Both the position numbers and the translations under genes were made by a program. A stretch of 64,000 nt of DNA from Steroidobacteraceae bacterium (GTDB taxonomy: Bacteria; Pseudomonadota; Gammaproteobacteria; Steroidobacterales; Steroidobacteraceae): assembly GCA_035720205.1 (NCBI GenBank), contig DASTOQ010000118.1, positions 6,546 through 70,545 on the forward strand, given 5' to 3'. This document shows positions 44,920 through 54,786 of this stretch, in pieces. Each line of letters begins with the position of its first letter. The stretch's first letter is position 1. The notes beneath the pieces were generated by a model. That model saw only the letters and a list, made by a program, of their open reading frames with translations. It made no database searches and was not told the origin of the DNA.

Positions 44920-47871
44920 ATGTCCAGGAACCCACTCGCGCGGGCCGTCAAGCTCGCGCTTCTCACCGCGGGCGCGTCCGGCGCCGGCCTCGCGGGCATC
45001 GCGAGCCAGGCACAGGACGCGCTCGGCGAAATCACCGTGACCGGCTCGCGCATCATCCGCCAGGACTACGAGGCGACCAGCCCGATCGTCACCATCAGCG
45101 CCGAGACGTTCGAGCAGCAGGGCGTCTCGAACGCCGAGCAGCTGGTCAACACGCTGCCGCAGGTGGTGCCCTCGTTCAGTTCCGGCAACAACAATCCCGG
45201 CGGCGGGCAGGCCTGGGTGGACCTGCGCGGCGTCGGCTCGGTCCGCACGCTGGTGCTGGTCGACGGCAAGCGCATGACGCCGGCCGACGCCACGGCGGGC
45301 AGCCGCGTGGACATCAACACGATCCCGACCGGCCTGATCGAGCGCGTCGAGATCATCTCCGGCGGCGCCTCGGCCGTGTACGGCTCTGACGCCGTGGCCG
45401 GCGCGGTCAACTTCATCCTCAAGAAGAACTTCGAGGGCGTCGAGTTCGGCGGCCGCTTCGGCATGTCCGAGCAGTCCGACGCGCAGTCCCAGGCCTACGA
45501 CGTGACCATGGGATCCGACCTCGCCGACGGCCGCGGCAACATCGTGATCTACGGCTCCTTCGACGAGCGCGATCCGCTCGGCAAGGGCGACCGGGCGTTC
45601 TCGGAGCAGGCCGTGTCGCTGACGTCCTTCTTCCCGATGGGCGGTTACTTCGGCGGCGCCAACGGGCCGTCGCAGGCGGCGGTCGATGCGCTGTTCCAGA
45701 CCTATGGCGTGGCGCCCGGTTCGGTGCTCGCGACCGATACCTTCGCCTTCAACCAGGACGGCACGCTGTTCGCGACCAGCGCGTCGAGCGCGACCGTGGT
45801 GCAGAACTACCGCGGCGACCCCAACCACATCGACGTCGGCTCCAACTTCTTCCCGGGGCGCTACAGCTACAACTTCGAGCCCTGGAACAAGCTGATCATC
45901 CCGCAGGAGCGCGTCAGCGTCGGCGCGATGGGCACGTTCACGATCTCGGAGAAGGTCGAGGCCTACACCCGCATCCTGTTCACGAACTACAGCTCGCTGA
46001 CGGCGCTCGCGCCCTCCCCGGCGCCGACCGGCAACAACACCACGAACCTCGCGGCCGGCGCGTTCTTCACGGTGCCGGTCACGAACCCCTTCGTGCAGGC
46101 GAATCCCGACATGCTCGCGATCCTGAACTCGCGCACCGGCGATTCCGCGGCGCTGCCGGGATCCGGCGCCGACGAGGACTTCCTGTATCGCAGGCGCTTC
46201 GTCGAGAACGGCCCCCGGGTCGAGTCCTACGAGCGCGACGTGTTCCAGGCGGTGCTCGGCATGCGTGGGGACATCTCGGACAAGTGGCGCTTCGACGGCT
46301 ACTTCGCCCACGGCAAGCTGAACGGCCAGGAGAACCAGGGCGGCAACGTCCGCGTCTCCGCGGTCGAGCAGCTGCTGGACGCACCGGACGGCGGCGTCAG
46401 CCTGTGCGAAGGCGGCCTGAACCCGTTCGGCCAGGGCACGCTGTCGGCCGAGTGCGCGGCTTTCGTCGGCGTGCTGGCCAAGAACTCCGACAACATCGAG
46501 CAGAACCTCGCGGAGTTCGTGGTCTCCGGCGACCTGTTCAGCGTCCCGGCCGGCACCGTGTCGACCGCGATCGGCGCCTTCTACCAGGAACAGCACGTGG
46601 AACTGCTGAAGGACAGCGTGCTGGCCTCCGGCGACGTCGCCGGGTTCAACGCCGAGGACAACGTGATCGGCTCGATCGACCACGCCGACGCCTTCGTCGA
46701 GTTCTACGTCCCGTTGCTGAAGGAGCTGCCGGCGGTGCAGTCGCTCGCGTTCTCGGCGGGCTACCGCTACTCGGATCACTCGATCTCGGGCGGCAACTCG
46801 TCCTGGAAGGGCGAGCTCGACTGGAACGTCAACGACCAGCTGCGCGTGCGCGGCAGCGTCCAGCGGGCGGTGCGCGCGCCGAACGTCGGCGAGCTGTTCC
46901 GGCCGCAGGTCGAGGACAATCCGCAGGTGGACGATCCCTGCAATTTCGACAGCTCCTTCCGTACCGGCGCCAGCGCGGCGCAGGCGCGGGCGTTGTGCCT
47001 GGCGCAGGGCGTGCCGGCGGCGATCATCGACACCTACACGCAGACCACCGACCAGATCGACGCGCTGCTGGGCGGCAACCCGAACCTGCGCGAGGAATCG
47101 GCCGATACCTACACGCTCGGATTCGTGTGGCGGCCGGAGGCGCTGGATCGCCTGAGCATCTCGATCGACTACTACAACATGACGATCGAGGACGTGATCA
47201 CCAACATCGATCCGGTGACGGTCGCCAACCGCTGCTTCAACGCCGACGGCGCGAACCCGGACTTCGACCCCGGCAATTTCTACTGCAGCCTGTTCGGGCG
47301 CGACTCGATCGGCCAGATCGACGACCTGCTGGAGATCTCGAACAACCTCGCGGTCCTCGAGACCAGCGGCTTCGACCTGCAGGCCGACTACGGCTTCGGG
47401 CTCGGGCGCTTCGGCGACCTGAACCTGAACCTGGTTGCGAACTTCGTGCAGGCCTGGGACCTGCAGAATCTGCCCGGCGACCTGTTCCTGGACTACAAGG
47501 GGACGATCGGCGAGGACCCGGGCGAGGCGCTGCCGGAGATCAAGGGCACGTTCTCGACGCGCTGGAGCCTCGGCGACTTCTCGGCGACGGCGCGGCTGCG
47601 CTACATCGACGGCATGCGCCATGCGGTGACGACCAACCTCGGCACCACCGATCCGGACGACTGCGGCTGCACCGGCGTGCCGGCGACCTGGTACGTGGAC
47701 ACGTCGGCGGCCTGGCAGGCGACCGAGTCGCTGCTGCTGCGGCTCGGCGTGGACAACGTCACCGACCAGGCGCCGCGGCTGTACACGCCGGACGCCGACT
47801 CGGGCACGGATCCGTCGACCTATGACCTGATCGGACGCCGGTACTTCGTGAGCGCCACCTACAGGTTCTGA
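44920..47871 (+). CDS. TonB-dependent receptor (large type), paralog 1
   Basis: 983 aa with signal peptide. EITVTGSRI, plug, C-terminal ...ATYRF. Confidence 0.9.
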   Translation: MSRNPLARAVKLALLTAGASGAGLAGIASQAQDALGEITVTGSRIIRQDYEATSPIVTISAETFEQQGVSNAEQLVNTLPQVVPSFSSGNNNPGGGQAWVDLRGVGSVRTLVLVDGKRMTPADATAGSRVDINTIPTGLIERVEIISGGASAVYGSDAVAGAVNFILKKNFEGVEFGGRFGMSEQSDAQSQAYDVTMGSDLADGRGNIVIYGSFDERDPLGKGDRAFSEQAVSLTSFFPMGGYFGGANGPSQAAVDALFQTYGVAPGSVLATDTFAFNQDGTLFATSASSATVVQNYRGDPNHIDVGSNFFPGRYSYNFEPWNKLIIPQERVSVGAMGTFTISEKVEAYTRILFTNYSSLTALAPSPAPTGNNTTNLAAGAFFTVPVTNPFVQANPDMLAILNSRTGDSAALPGSGADEDFLYRRRFVENGPRVESYERDVFQAVLGMRGDISDKWRFDGYFAHGKLNGQENQGGNVRVSAVEQLLDAPDGGVSLCEGGLNPFGQGTLSAECAAFVGVLAKNSDNIEQNLAEFVVSGDLFSVPAGTVSTAIGAFYQEQHVELLKDSVLASGDVAGFNAEDNVIGSIDHADAFVEFYVPLLKELPAVQSLAFSAGYRYSDHSISGGNSSWKGELDWNVNDQLRVRGSVQRAVRAPNVGELFRPQVEDNPQVDDPCNFDSSFRTGASAAQARALCLAQGVPAAIIDTYTQTTDQIDALLGGNPNLREESADTYTLGFVWRPEALDRLSISIDYYNMTIEDVITNIDPVTVANRCFNADGANPDFDPGNFYCSLFGRDSIGQIDDLLEISNNLAVLETSGFDLQADYGFGLGRFGDLNLNLVANFVQAWDLQNLPGDLFLDYKGTIGEDPGEALPEIKGTFSTRWSLGDFSATARLRYIDGMRHAVTTNLGTTDPDDCGCTGVPATWYVDTSAAWQATESLLLRLGVDNVTDQAPRLYTPDADSGTDPSTYDLIGRRYFVSATYRF

Positions 47872-47890
47872 CGAACTGCAGGGGCAGGAG

Positions 47891-47930
47891 GGGCCGCCGG
47901 TCCGCCACAGGCCGGCGGCCCTGTCCGTTT
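47891..47930 (+). terminator. Hairpin terminator after receptor paralog 1
   Basis: GGGCCGCCGG-(11 nt)-CCGGCGGCCC followed by TGTCCGTTT. Confidence 0.5.
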
Positions 47931-48039
47931 CAAGGCTCCGGGTTTCCGGCTTGCCCTCCGGCCGACCTCGGCCTGATCGTTGCACTGACGCTACACAGGA
48001 TTCAAGGCTGCGGCAGGACAGGTCAAAAACCTTGTCAAC

Positions 48040-48145
48040 AGCCGGAATCCTTTGCCATCAGGCGATTTTTTGCCCACCACCCGTCGTATCGTCCAACTCA
48101 CAGCAGGGCCTTTGTGGCCGGCCACTGTTGCCGTCATGCAACATC
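48040..48145 (+). promoter_or_regulatory. Conserved three-block upstream leader, copy B, before TonB-dependent receptor 48168
   Basis: Same three blocks as copy A, at 48040-57, 48080-93 and 48104-44. The variable spacers between blocks show no similarity. Confidence 0.6.
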
Positions 48146-48167
48146 GGGCACGAAGTCAGGAGGGACC

Positions 48168-51062
48168 ATGAATCATTGCACCCTGGCGCACGCGATACGC
48201 GTCGCGCTGATCACGGCCGGCGCCGCCGGAGCCGGCCTTTCTGCTGCGCCGAGCGCCGCCCAGGACGAGCTCTCAGCCATCGTCGTGACGGGTTCGCGCA
48301 TCGCACGCACCGAGCTGGAGGCGGCCATCCCGACGATTTCGGTCGACTCCGACGACCTCATGAGCAAGGGCTACGAGAACCTGGCCGACGTGTTCGTCGC
48401 CATGCCCCAGTTCACGCCGTCGTTCGGCGCGTCGCGTACCCAGTCGACGTTCTCCGGGGTCGCCACCTCGGGCCTCAACCTGGCCAACCTGCGCAACCTC
48501 GGCGGATTCCGGACGCTGACGCTCATCAACGGACGGCGCCTGCCGGGCGGAACCTCGACCAGCACCAGCGTCGACTTCAACACGATCCCGTCCGCCAACA
48601 TCGAGCGCATCGAGGTCCAGACCGGCGGCGCGTCGGCGGTCTACGGTGCCGATGCCGTGGCCGGCGTCGTCAACATCGTCACGAAGAAGGATTTCAGCGG
48701 TATCGAGATCGGCGCGTCCTACGGCGAGGCCTCGGAGGGTGACAACCGGAATCCGAGCGCCTACGTCATGTTCGGCGGCGCGTTCGGGGAAGGCGGACGG
48801 GCGCTGTTCACGGCGCAGTACGACGAGCAGAGCCTGGTGACCTGCGCCGACCGCGAGTTCTGCGCCGACGACTTCGTCTGGTTCGACCCGGCCAACCCGA
48901 TCTTCGGGGCGAATGCCCGCTCCGGCGTGGGGCTGGGCGGTCGCTTCTTCGCGGGCAATGCCAGCTACACGATGCGCAACGGCAGCATCACCGACAGCAA
49001 CGGAGATCTCATTCCGTTCGTCACCGCCATCGACGGCTACAACCGCAATGCGCAGCGTGACATCGCGATCCCGACCGAACGCACGATGATCGCGGCGGAG
49101 GTCGAGTATCCGATCGCCGGGCGGATGTCCGTGTTCGGCGAAGTCAACTACGGGAACGCCGAGATCGATTCGCGGTTCGAGGCGCACCCGTTCCAGTCCC
49201 AGCAGCCGGGGAGCCTCTTTGGCGGCAGCCCGACCGTTCCCGGGCTGCAAGCGACCATCCCGATCGACAATCCGTTCGTGCCGCAGGTCCTGCGGGACGC
49301 GGTCCTCGCCGCGAACCCCGCGGCCACGGCGATCACCTGGTGGCAGCGCTTCGCGTTCTTCGACGACCGCGGCGCGAACAATACGCGCAACACGACGCGC
49401 GGCGTGGTCGGGCTCAAGGGCGACCTGGACCTGCTCGGCAACCCCTGGAACTGGGAGGTCTCGCACGTCTACGGCCGCACCCGCGTCAACCTCGGCACCG
49501 AGGGCCTGGTCAGCACCGAGATGCTGTACCACGGCCTGCGGGTCGAGCCGGACCCGGCGAGCCCCGGGCAGTTCCGCTGCGTCGATGCGGGCGCGCGCTC
49601 GCGCGGCTGCATCCCGATCAACCCGTTCGGCTACACCGAGCCCATGCTCGAGGCCCTGCGCCGCAACTCGGACTCCGAGGGCACCCAGGAGCTGGGCAAC
49701 ACGGTGGCCTGGATCAGCGGGTCCGCCTTCGACCTGCCGGCCGGCTCCGTGCGCTTCGCGCTCGGCGTCGAGCAGCGCGAGCTGAGCGGCTACCTGGACT
49801 ACGACCCGCAGATCAACGGGGGCACCACGACCGGCAACCAGATCCAGGACGTCGAGAAGTCGACGATCCGGACCCAGGAGGCCTTCGTCGAGACCCTGGT
49901 GCCGCTGCTGCGGGACCTGCCAGGCGCGCACGCGCTGGACTTCGAGGGCGCGTTCCGCACCACCAGCCCCGACTTCTCGGTCCCCGACCGCGTGGTCGCC
50001 GACGAGAGCTACGACACCTGGAAGTACGGCCTGAGCTGGGCGCCGATCGAGGACCTCCGGTTCCGCGTCATGCAGGCGCGTGCCGTGCGCTCCCCGAATC
50101 CGGGCGAGCTCTCGGGCATCGGCCAGACTTTCGGCGTCATCAACGACCCGTGCACGGCTGCCAGGCGCAACACCGGGCCGAACCCGACGGCGCGCGCGGC
50201 CAACTGCACCGCCGCGGGTGTGCCCGCGGACTACGCGCCGGGGCAGATCATCGAGCAGAGCGTGGCGGGCCTGACCGGCGGCAACGCAAACCTCGCGCCG
50301 GAGGAGGCTGACACGCTGACTTACGGGCTGGTCTGGACGCCGTCCTTCGTCGAGGGCCTGTCGATGACGATCGACCGCTTCGACATCGAGGTGGACGGCG
50401 TCATCGACGTGGTCGCCCGCCAGACAGCGGCGAACTTCTGCTACGACTTCAACCTCTTCTGCGGCTCACTGACCCGCGGAACGAGCCCGCTGCTGCCGGG
50501 GGCAAACTACGTGCTGACCTCGGTCAATCAGCAGCTGCAGAACGTGGCGAAGTACAACATCAGCGGCATCGATCTCGGCGCCACCTACGGGTTCAGCATG
50601 GGACGCTACGGCGACCTGAAGCTGAACCTGAGCGCGGTGTTCTACGATCAGGCCGAGAAGCTGCCGCTGCCCGGCGCGGCCGTGATCGACCTGAAGGGCT
50701 CCGCCGGAGGCGACACCGCCGACAGCGGCTACATCGACGAGCAGGTGACGCTGCTGGTGAACTACCGGCTCGGCAAGTTCTCTGCGATGTGGGACACGCG
50801 CTATATCGGCAGCGCCGAGATGGCGTACTTCAGTGCCGACGCCGGATTCGCGCCGATCGGTGCCAAGGACTACCACGCGCTGCGCTTCGGCTATGACCTG
50901 CGCGAGGGCAGCGAGTTGTACGTCGGCGTCACCAACCTGTTCGACCGGGATCCGCCCCTGCTCTGCTCGGGCTGCTCCGGGACGCAGGCGCTCGACACGA
51001 TTCCCGGCTATTACGACGTATTCGGCCGCTCGTGGTACGCGGGCGTGCGCCACAAGTTCTAG
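48168..51062 (+). CDS. TonB-dependent receptor (large type), paralog 2
   Basis: Start at MNHCTLAHAIRVALI (48168) after AGGAGG. AIVVTGSRI, plug, C-terminal ...GVRHKF. Confidence 0.9.
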   Translation: MNHCTLAHAIRVALITAGAAGAGLSAAPSAAQDELSAIVVTGSRIARTELEAAIPTISVDSDDLMSKGYENLADVFVAMPQFTPSFGASRTQSTFSGVATSGLNLANLRNLGGFRTLTLINGRRLPGGTSTSTSVDFNTIPSANIERIEVQTGGASAVYGADAVAGVVNIVTKKDFSGIEIGASYGEASEGDNRNPSAYVMFGGAFGEGGRALFTAQYDEQSLVTCADREFCADDFVWFDPANPIFGANARSGVGLGGRFFAGNASYTMRNGSITDSNGDLIPFVTAIDGYNRNAQRDIAIPTERTMIAAEVEYPIAGRMSVFGEVNYGNAEIDSRFEAHPFQSQQPGSLFGGSPTVPGLQATIPIDNPFVPQVLRDAVLAANPAATAITWWQRFAFFDDRGANNTRNTTRGVVGLKGDLDLLGNPWNWEVSHVYGRTRVNLGTEGLVSTEMLYHGLRVEPDPASPGQFRCVDAGARSRGCIPINPFGYTEPMLEALRRNSDSEGTQELGNTVAWISGSAFDLPAGSVRFALGVEQRELSGYLDYDPQINGGTTTGNQIQDVEKSTIRTQEAFVETLVPLLRDLPGAHALDFEGAFRTTSPDFSVPDRVVADESYDTWKYGLSWAPIEDLRFRVMQARAVRSPNPGELSGIGQTFGVINDPCTAARRNTGPNPTARAANCTAAGVPADYAPGQIIEQSVAGLTGGNANLAPEEADTLTYGLVWTPSFVEGLSMTIDRFDIEVDGVIDVVARQTAANFCYDFNLFCGSLTRGTSPLLPGANYVLTSVNQQLQNVAKYNISGIDLGATYGFSMGRYGDLKLNLSAVFYDQAEKLPLPGAAVIDLKGSAGGDTADSGYIDEQVTLLVNYRLGKFSAMWDTRYIGSAEMAYFSADAGFAPIGAKDYHALRFGYDLREGSELYVGVTNLFDRDPPLLCSGCSGTQALDTIPGYYDVFGRSWYAGVRHKF

Positions 51063-51088
51063 AGCCTCCCGGGTTCGTCCGGTCTTCG

Positions 51089-51118
51089 GCGGCGCCCTCC
51101 CGGGGCGCCGCTTTTTTT
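51089..51118 (+). terminator. Rho-independent terminator
   Basis: GCGGCGCCC-TCCCG-GGGCGCCGC followed by TTTTTTT. Confidence 0.8.
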
Positions 51119-51226
51119 GTGGCGCTGCCATTGCGGGTCGCAACGACGGGTCCCGGCACATCGGCGTGATGCCAGGTACGGCCTTGGCGACCCGGTCAAA
51201 CGCACATCGGGTGGCGAGCACGGCAT

Positions 51227-51697
51227 CTATGGCGCGCGGTCGACGCGGGCGGCGAAGCAACCACGCTTGGCGAAGTGCGCGTGCAGGTACGCGACGTCGG
51301 GCCGCGCCAGCAGGCTCTCGAACAGGGGCCCCGCCTCGCGTCCCTCGACCACGTCCGCGGCCACCATCATGTCGGCGTCGTCGTAGGCACGCACCGACAG
51401 CAGCCGCTGCGTCAGGTACGGCGGCAGCTCGCCGACGATGCGCCTTGCCTCGCCAAAACCCCGGCGCACGAAGATCGGGCCCGAGGCGCGATAGGGCGAG
51501 TCGCCGTCCTGGTGAGTGAACGGCAGCAGCAGCACCTCCTCGCCGACCGGCGCGTCCTCCAGCGTCACCCGGCAGGGAAAGCCGACGGCTGCGTCCACGC
51601 GCATGCGCCTCATGCCGCGCTTTCCGAGCTCGGCGTCATCGAGCTCGAACAGCTTCTCGAACTGGGCGGGTTCGAGTCCGCTGAGCTGGTAGTTCAT
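51227..51697 (-). CDS. DUF1203-domain protein
   Basis: Start at MNYQLSGLEPAQFEKLF (51697). GFPCRVTLEDAPVGEEVLLLPFTHQ..SPYRASGPIFVR is typical of DUF1203. Confidence 0.75.
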   Translation of the reverse strand: MNYQLSGLEPAQFEKLFELDDAELGKRGMRRMRVDAAVGFPCRVTLEDAPVGEEVLLLPFTHQDGDSPYRASGPIFVRRGFGEARRIVGELPPYLTQRLLSVRAYDDADMMVAADVVEGREAGPLFESLLARPDVAYLHAHFAKRGCFAARVDRAP

Positions 51698-51742
51698 GGC
51701 GCGCAGCTTGGTGAACCGGCCCGTGGCCCGGCAACCCGGTTC

Positions 51743-51769
51743 TTGCTGGGCCAGAAACTCAAGTATAAT
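51743..51769 (+). promoter_or_regulatory. Sigma-70-like promoter (TTGCTG/TCTTGC ... TATAAT)
   Basis: Perfect TATAAT at 51764-69, with a TTGC-containing -35 element 15-17 nt upstream. Lies in a relatively AT-rich gap before the gene at 51889. Confidence 0.45.
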
Positions 51770-51888
51770 CAATACGTTAAGCGGCGCCAGGTGTTTTGGC
51801 TTGGCCTGCCGGCCCCACCGGGCGTAGCATCGCCGAGCGGTACCGGCCGGCCGGGCCGCGTCAATAACAAGCTCAGTAGGGGGGTACA

Positions 51889-52197
51889 GTGAATCCATTC
51901 AAGCTCATGGGTTGGGCGGGCCTCGCGATCTGCATCGTCGGTGCGTTCGTCGAGATCCCGTACGCATCGCTGATCCTGGTGCTGCTCGGGCTCGCCGTCG
52001 GCGTCTCGATCGCGACCGAAGACAGCGTGCGTGTAATCGTCACGGCGATGGCGCTGATGTCGCTGTCGAGCGTGCTGATGCACATCCCGGCGATCGGCGA
52101 GTACCTGACGAAGATCTTCAGCGCGGCCGGCACACTGACCGCCGGTGGCGCGCTGACCATGATCTCCCGGAACGTGTGGAACCGGTTCAAGCCCTGA
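51889..52197 (+). CDS. Small three-TM membrane protein
   Basis: 102 aa. GTG start after GGGGGG. Hydrophobic throughout. Confidence 0.55.
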   Translation: MNPFKLMGWAGLAICIVGAFVEIPYASLILVLLGLAVGVSIATEDSVRVIVTAMALMSLSSVLMHIPAIGEYLTKIFSAAGTLTAGGALTMISRNVWNRFKP

Positions 52198-52223
52198 ACA
52201 AGGCCCAAGGACGCGGCTGACGG

Positions 52224-52252
52224 AAGGCCCGCCGAGAGGCGGGCCTTTCTTC
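52224..52252 (+). terminator. Rho-independent-type terminator
   Basis: AAGGCCCGCC-GAGA-GGCGGGCCTT followed by TCTTCC. Confidence 0.65.
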
Positions 52253-52340
52253 CGGCGCCTGCGGCCCGATACGCTCGAAACCGGCCACGCGATCCCAGCC
52301 CTCCGGGCCGCCACGCCATCGAACCTGACAGGGGATTCCC

Positions 52341-53507
52341 ATGCGCCGGCCTGCCGCCCTCCTCCTCCTGCTCGCTGCGGTTTGGGGGTTTACCAGCGCG
52401 AGTTCCGCGCAGGCGCCGAGGTACACGCCCGCGGGTCTCGAGGCAATCCAGACCCTGATCGATGGCGCGGTCCGCAGCGGCCGTATCCCCTCGGCCATCG
52501 CCATGCTGGCCCACGACGGGCGCATCGCCTGGCTGCACACGGCGGGCGAGATGGGCCCCGGCGTGCCGATGAGCGACGATGCGATCATCCCGCTCGCATC
52601 GGTCGGCAAGATGCACACCGCCGTGGCGGCCATGATGCTGGTCGAAGACGACGTCCTCTCGCTCGACGACCCCGTCGGCAGGTTCATTCCCGAGTTCACC
52701 CGGTTGTCGCCGGAGGTCCCGATCACCGTCCGGCACCTGTTGACGCACACGGCCGGCCTGACGGTCAGCGGCGACGAGTTCTGGGAGGTGTGGGACGCGC
52801 ACAGTGGGCGCACGACCACGACGGAATTCTCGCGCGCGCTGGCGGCGCTGCCGTTGCAGTCCAGGCCCGGCGAGAAGTTCGACTACGGGCAGACCGGCGC
52901 TTCGTACGAGGTGCTGGGCGCGGTGATCGAGATCGCGAGCGGGCGGACGCTGCAGGCGTTCATGACCGAACGCCTGTTCGAGCCCCTCGGCCTGCGCGAC
53001 ACGCACTTCCACCTGCCGGAGCCGAAGCGCGCGCGCCGGCCGGCGTTCTTCCGCCACGTGGACGGCGCGCTGAAGCCCGAGCGCCCCATGGGCGAGGATG
53101 CCCCGCGCAGCAATTACTTCCACGGCGGCGGCGGCGTGCAGTCGTCGGCGCGGGACATCGCGCGCTTCTCGCGCTTGTTCCTCGACGGCGGCGCCGTGGA
53201 CGGCGTGCGCATCCTCGCGCCCGCGACCATCGCGATGATGATGTCCGACCAGATCGGGGCGCTGACGCCGTTTCCGGGCGGCCTGAGCTGGGGACTTGGC
53301 GCGGCGGTCCGCACCGAGCCGGATGGTACCGTGACCCAGTACGGCTGGTCCGGGGGCGGCTACGCGACGCTCATCATCGACCCGGTCGGGCGCACCACGG
53401 CCTATTTCGCGTTTCCGGTCATGCCGCCGGGCGACAACGCCTTGCTGACGGAGTTTCGCCGGCTCGTGCGCGAGGCGAAGGCGCCGGCGGCCGCGGGGGG
53501 AACGTAG
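52341..53507 (+). CDS. Serine hydrolase (class C beta-lactamase/esterase family), secreted
   Basis: 388 aa with signal peptide. SVGK (SxxK) nucleophile motif. Confidence 0.8.
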   Translation: MRRPAALLLLLAAVWGFTSASSAQAPRYTPAGLEAIQTLIDGAVRSGRIPSAIAMLAHDGRIAWLHTAGEMGPGVPMSDDAIIPLASVGKMHTAVAAMMLVEDDVLSLDDPVGRFIPEFTRLSPEVPITVRHLLTHTAGLTVSGDEFWEVWDAHSGRTTTTEFSRALAALPLQSRPGEKFDYGQTGASYEVLGAVIEIASGRTLQAFMTERLFEPLGLRDTHFHLPEPKRARRPAFFRHVDGALKPERPMGEDAPRSNYFHGGGGVQSSARDIARFSRLFLDGGAVDGVRILAPATIAMMMSDQIGALTPFPGGLSWGLGAAVRTEPDGTVTQYGWSGGGYATLIIDPVGRTTAYFAFPVMPPGDNALLTEFRRLVREAKAPAAAGGT

Positions 53508-53531
53508 CGCCAGGCGTGCGGGCTGCCCCGT

Positions 53532-53891
53532 TCAGCGTCCCGCGACGTTGAAGTGCAGCCGGGTGTCCTGGTAGCGGTCGTCGACCCTGGCGCTGCCGGT
53601 CGCGACCAGCACGTAGAGGATATTGAGCGCCTGCAGCGCGTCGCGCACCCCCGCCCCGCGCGAGCGCGCGGCCAGCGCCTTGGCCGTGACGTCCTGCTTG
53701 CCGGCGTAGCGCTTGCGGATGCGATCGACGGCGGCGCGGCTCACGAGGTTGAAGTAACCGCTGGCGCGCTTGGTGCGCGAGGCCGACATCACCACGTAGA
53801 CGTCGCCGCTCTCGAAGACGTAGTAGGTCTGGCGCTTGCCGCTGGCCTGACCGCGGTACGTGAGCCCCTTGGCGAGGCTTCTGATGTTCAT
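53532..53891 (-). CDS. Basic hypothetical protein, last gene on the strand of the DUF692 cluster
   Basis: Start at MNIRSLAKG (53891) after GGGAGAA. 119 aa. No family recognised. Confidence 0.5.
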   Translation of the reverse strand: MNIRSLAKGLTYRGQASGKRQTYYVFESGDVYVVMSASRTKRASGYFNLVSRAAVDRIRKRYAGKQDVTAKALAARSRGAGVRDALQALNILYVLVATGSARVDDRYQDTRLHFNVAGR

Positions 53892-53928
53892 GCTGGTTCT
53901 CCCGGGCTGGTGCGGCAGTGTAATCCCA

Positions 53929-54786
53929 TTACTCCCGCGCGACACCCACGAACAGGCCGGCCGCGGCCCACTCGCGGAACCAGCGGCCCAGCATGGCGGC
54001 CAGCCGGTCCGCGCTCAGCCGGCGCCCGCGGACGGCGGCGCGCACGGCCTGTGCCAGCGTAGCGCCGGACTCGAGCGCGGCCAGCAGCCGGAACTGTGCG
54101 GGCGACTGGTCGCGCCGATACACCTGGAATGCGCGGCGGTAGACCATCGCGAACGTCCTGCGCGGCGACGGAAGTCGCGGCTTCCTCCCGCCGCGAATCG
54201 CATTCATGCAGTCGTTGGCCGGGTATCGCAACACCAGCAGGCGAAGGGCCGGGTTCATGACCAGGCGCAGGTGCCGCCACTCGTCCGCGCCGATCGCGGC
54301 GATCTCCGCCGCCGCCAACGGCTCGACCAGCGGCGCGTCGAACACGTCTTCCATGGCACGCTCGATCCGCGCCACATCCGCCGCCAACCCGCTCGCGCGC
54401 CCGCGGGGCAAGTGGTGCGCGAGGAAGTCCGGGAAGCGCGCACTCAGCCGGTTGAGGGTGCGGCAGCGCGACGGGTTCTTCGCCAGGAATTCCCGGGCGA
54501 CCCGGGCGAACGCTTCTGGTTGCAGGATGCGTCGCGTCACCGGATATTCGGCGTCCATGATCTCGAGCAGCCGCGCGTAATACATGTGCGCGTAGATGTC
54601 GAGGCGCTCGACGGACGTGAGCGACCGGGACGGCAGTACGATGGATTCGGGCGCCTTCGCCGCAACGGGCAGCAGCCGGCGCGCCCGGGGCGCACGGATG
54701 CCGCTGGCGGCGCCGTCCGGATGCATGACCACGGTCTGCATCCAGCGTTCGAGCAGGTCGAGCGACGGCGCGCTGGCGTGCGTCAT
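53929..54786 (-). CDS. DUF2063-domain protein (BufC/MbnC-like partner of the MNIO enzyme)
   Basis: The ATG at 54786 overlaps the DUF692 TGA (ATGA). 285 aa. N-terminal region LLERWMQTVVMHPDG...RLDIYAHMYYARLLE resembles DUF2063. Confidence 0.75.
   Translation of the reverse strand: MTHASAPSLDLLERWMQTVVMHPDGAASGIRAPRARRLLPVAAKAPESIVLPSRSLTSVERLDIYAHMYYARLLEIMDAEYPVTRRILQPEAFARVAREFLAKNPSRCRTLNRLSARFPDFLAHHLPRGRASGLAADVARIERAMEDVFDAPLVEPLAAAEIAAIGADEWRHLRLVMNPALRLLVLRYPANDCMNAIRGGRKPRLPSPRRTFAMVYRRAFQVYRRDQSPAQFRLLAALESGATLAQAVRAAVRGRRLSADRLAAMLGRWFREWAAAGLFVGVARE

Noticed and set aside
44749-49931. Long minus-strand ORFs 44749..47985 and 48273..49931
   Set aside because: Antisense shadows of the two receptor paralogs.
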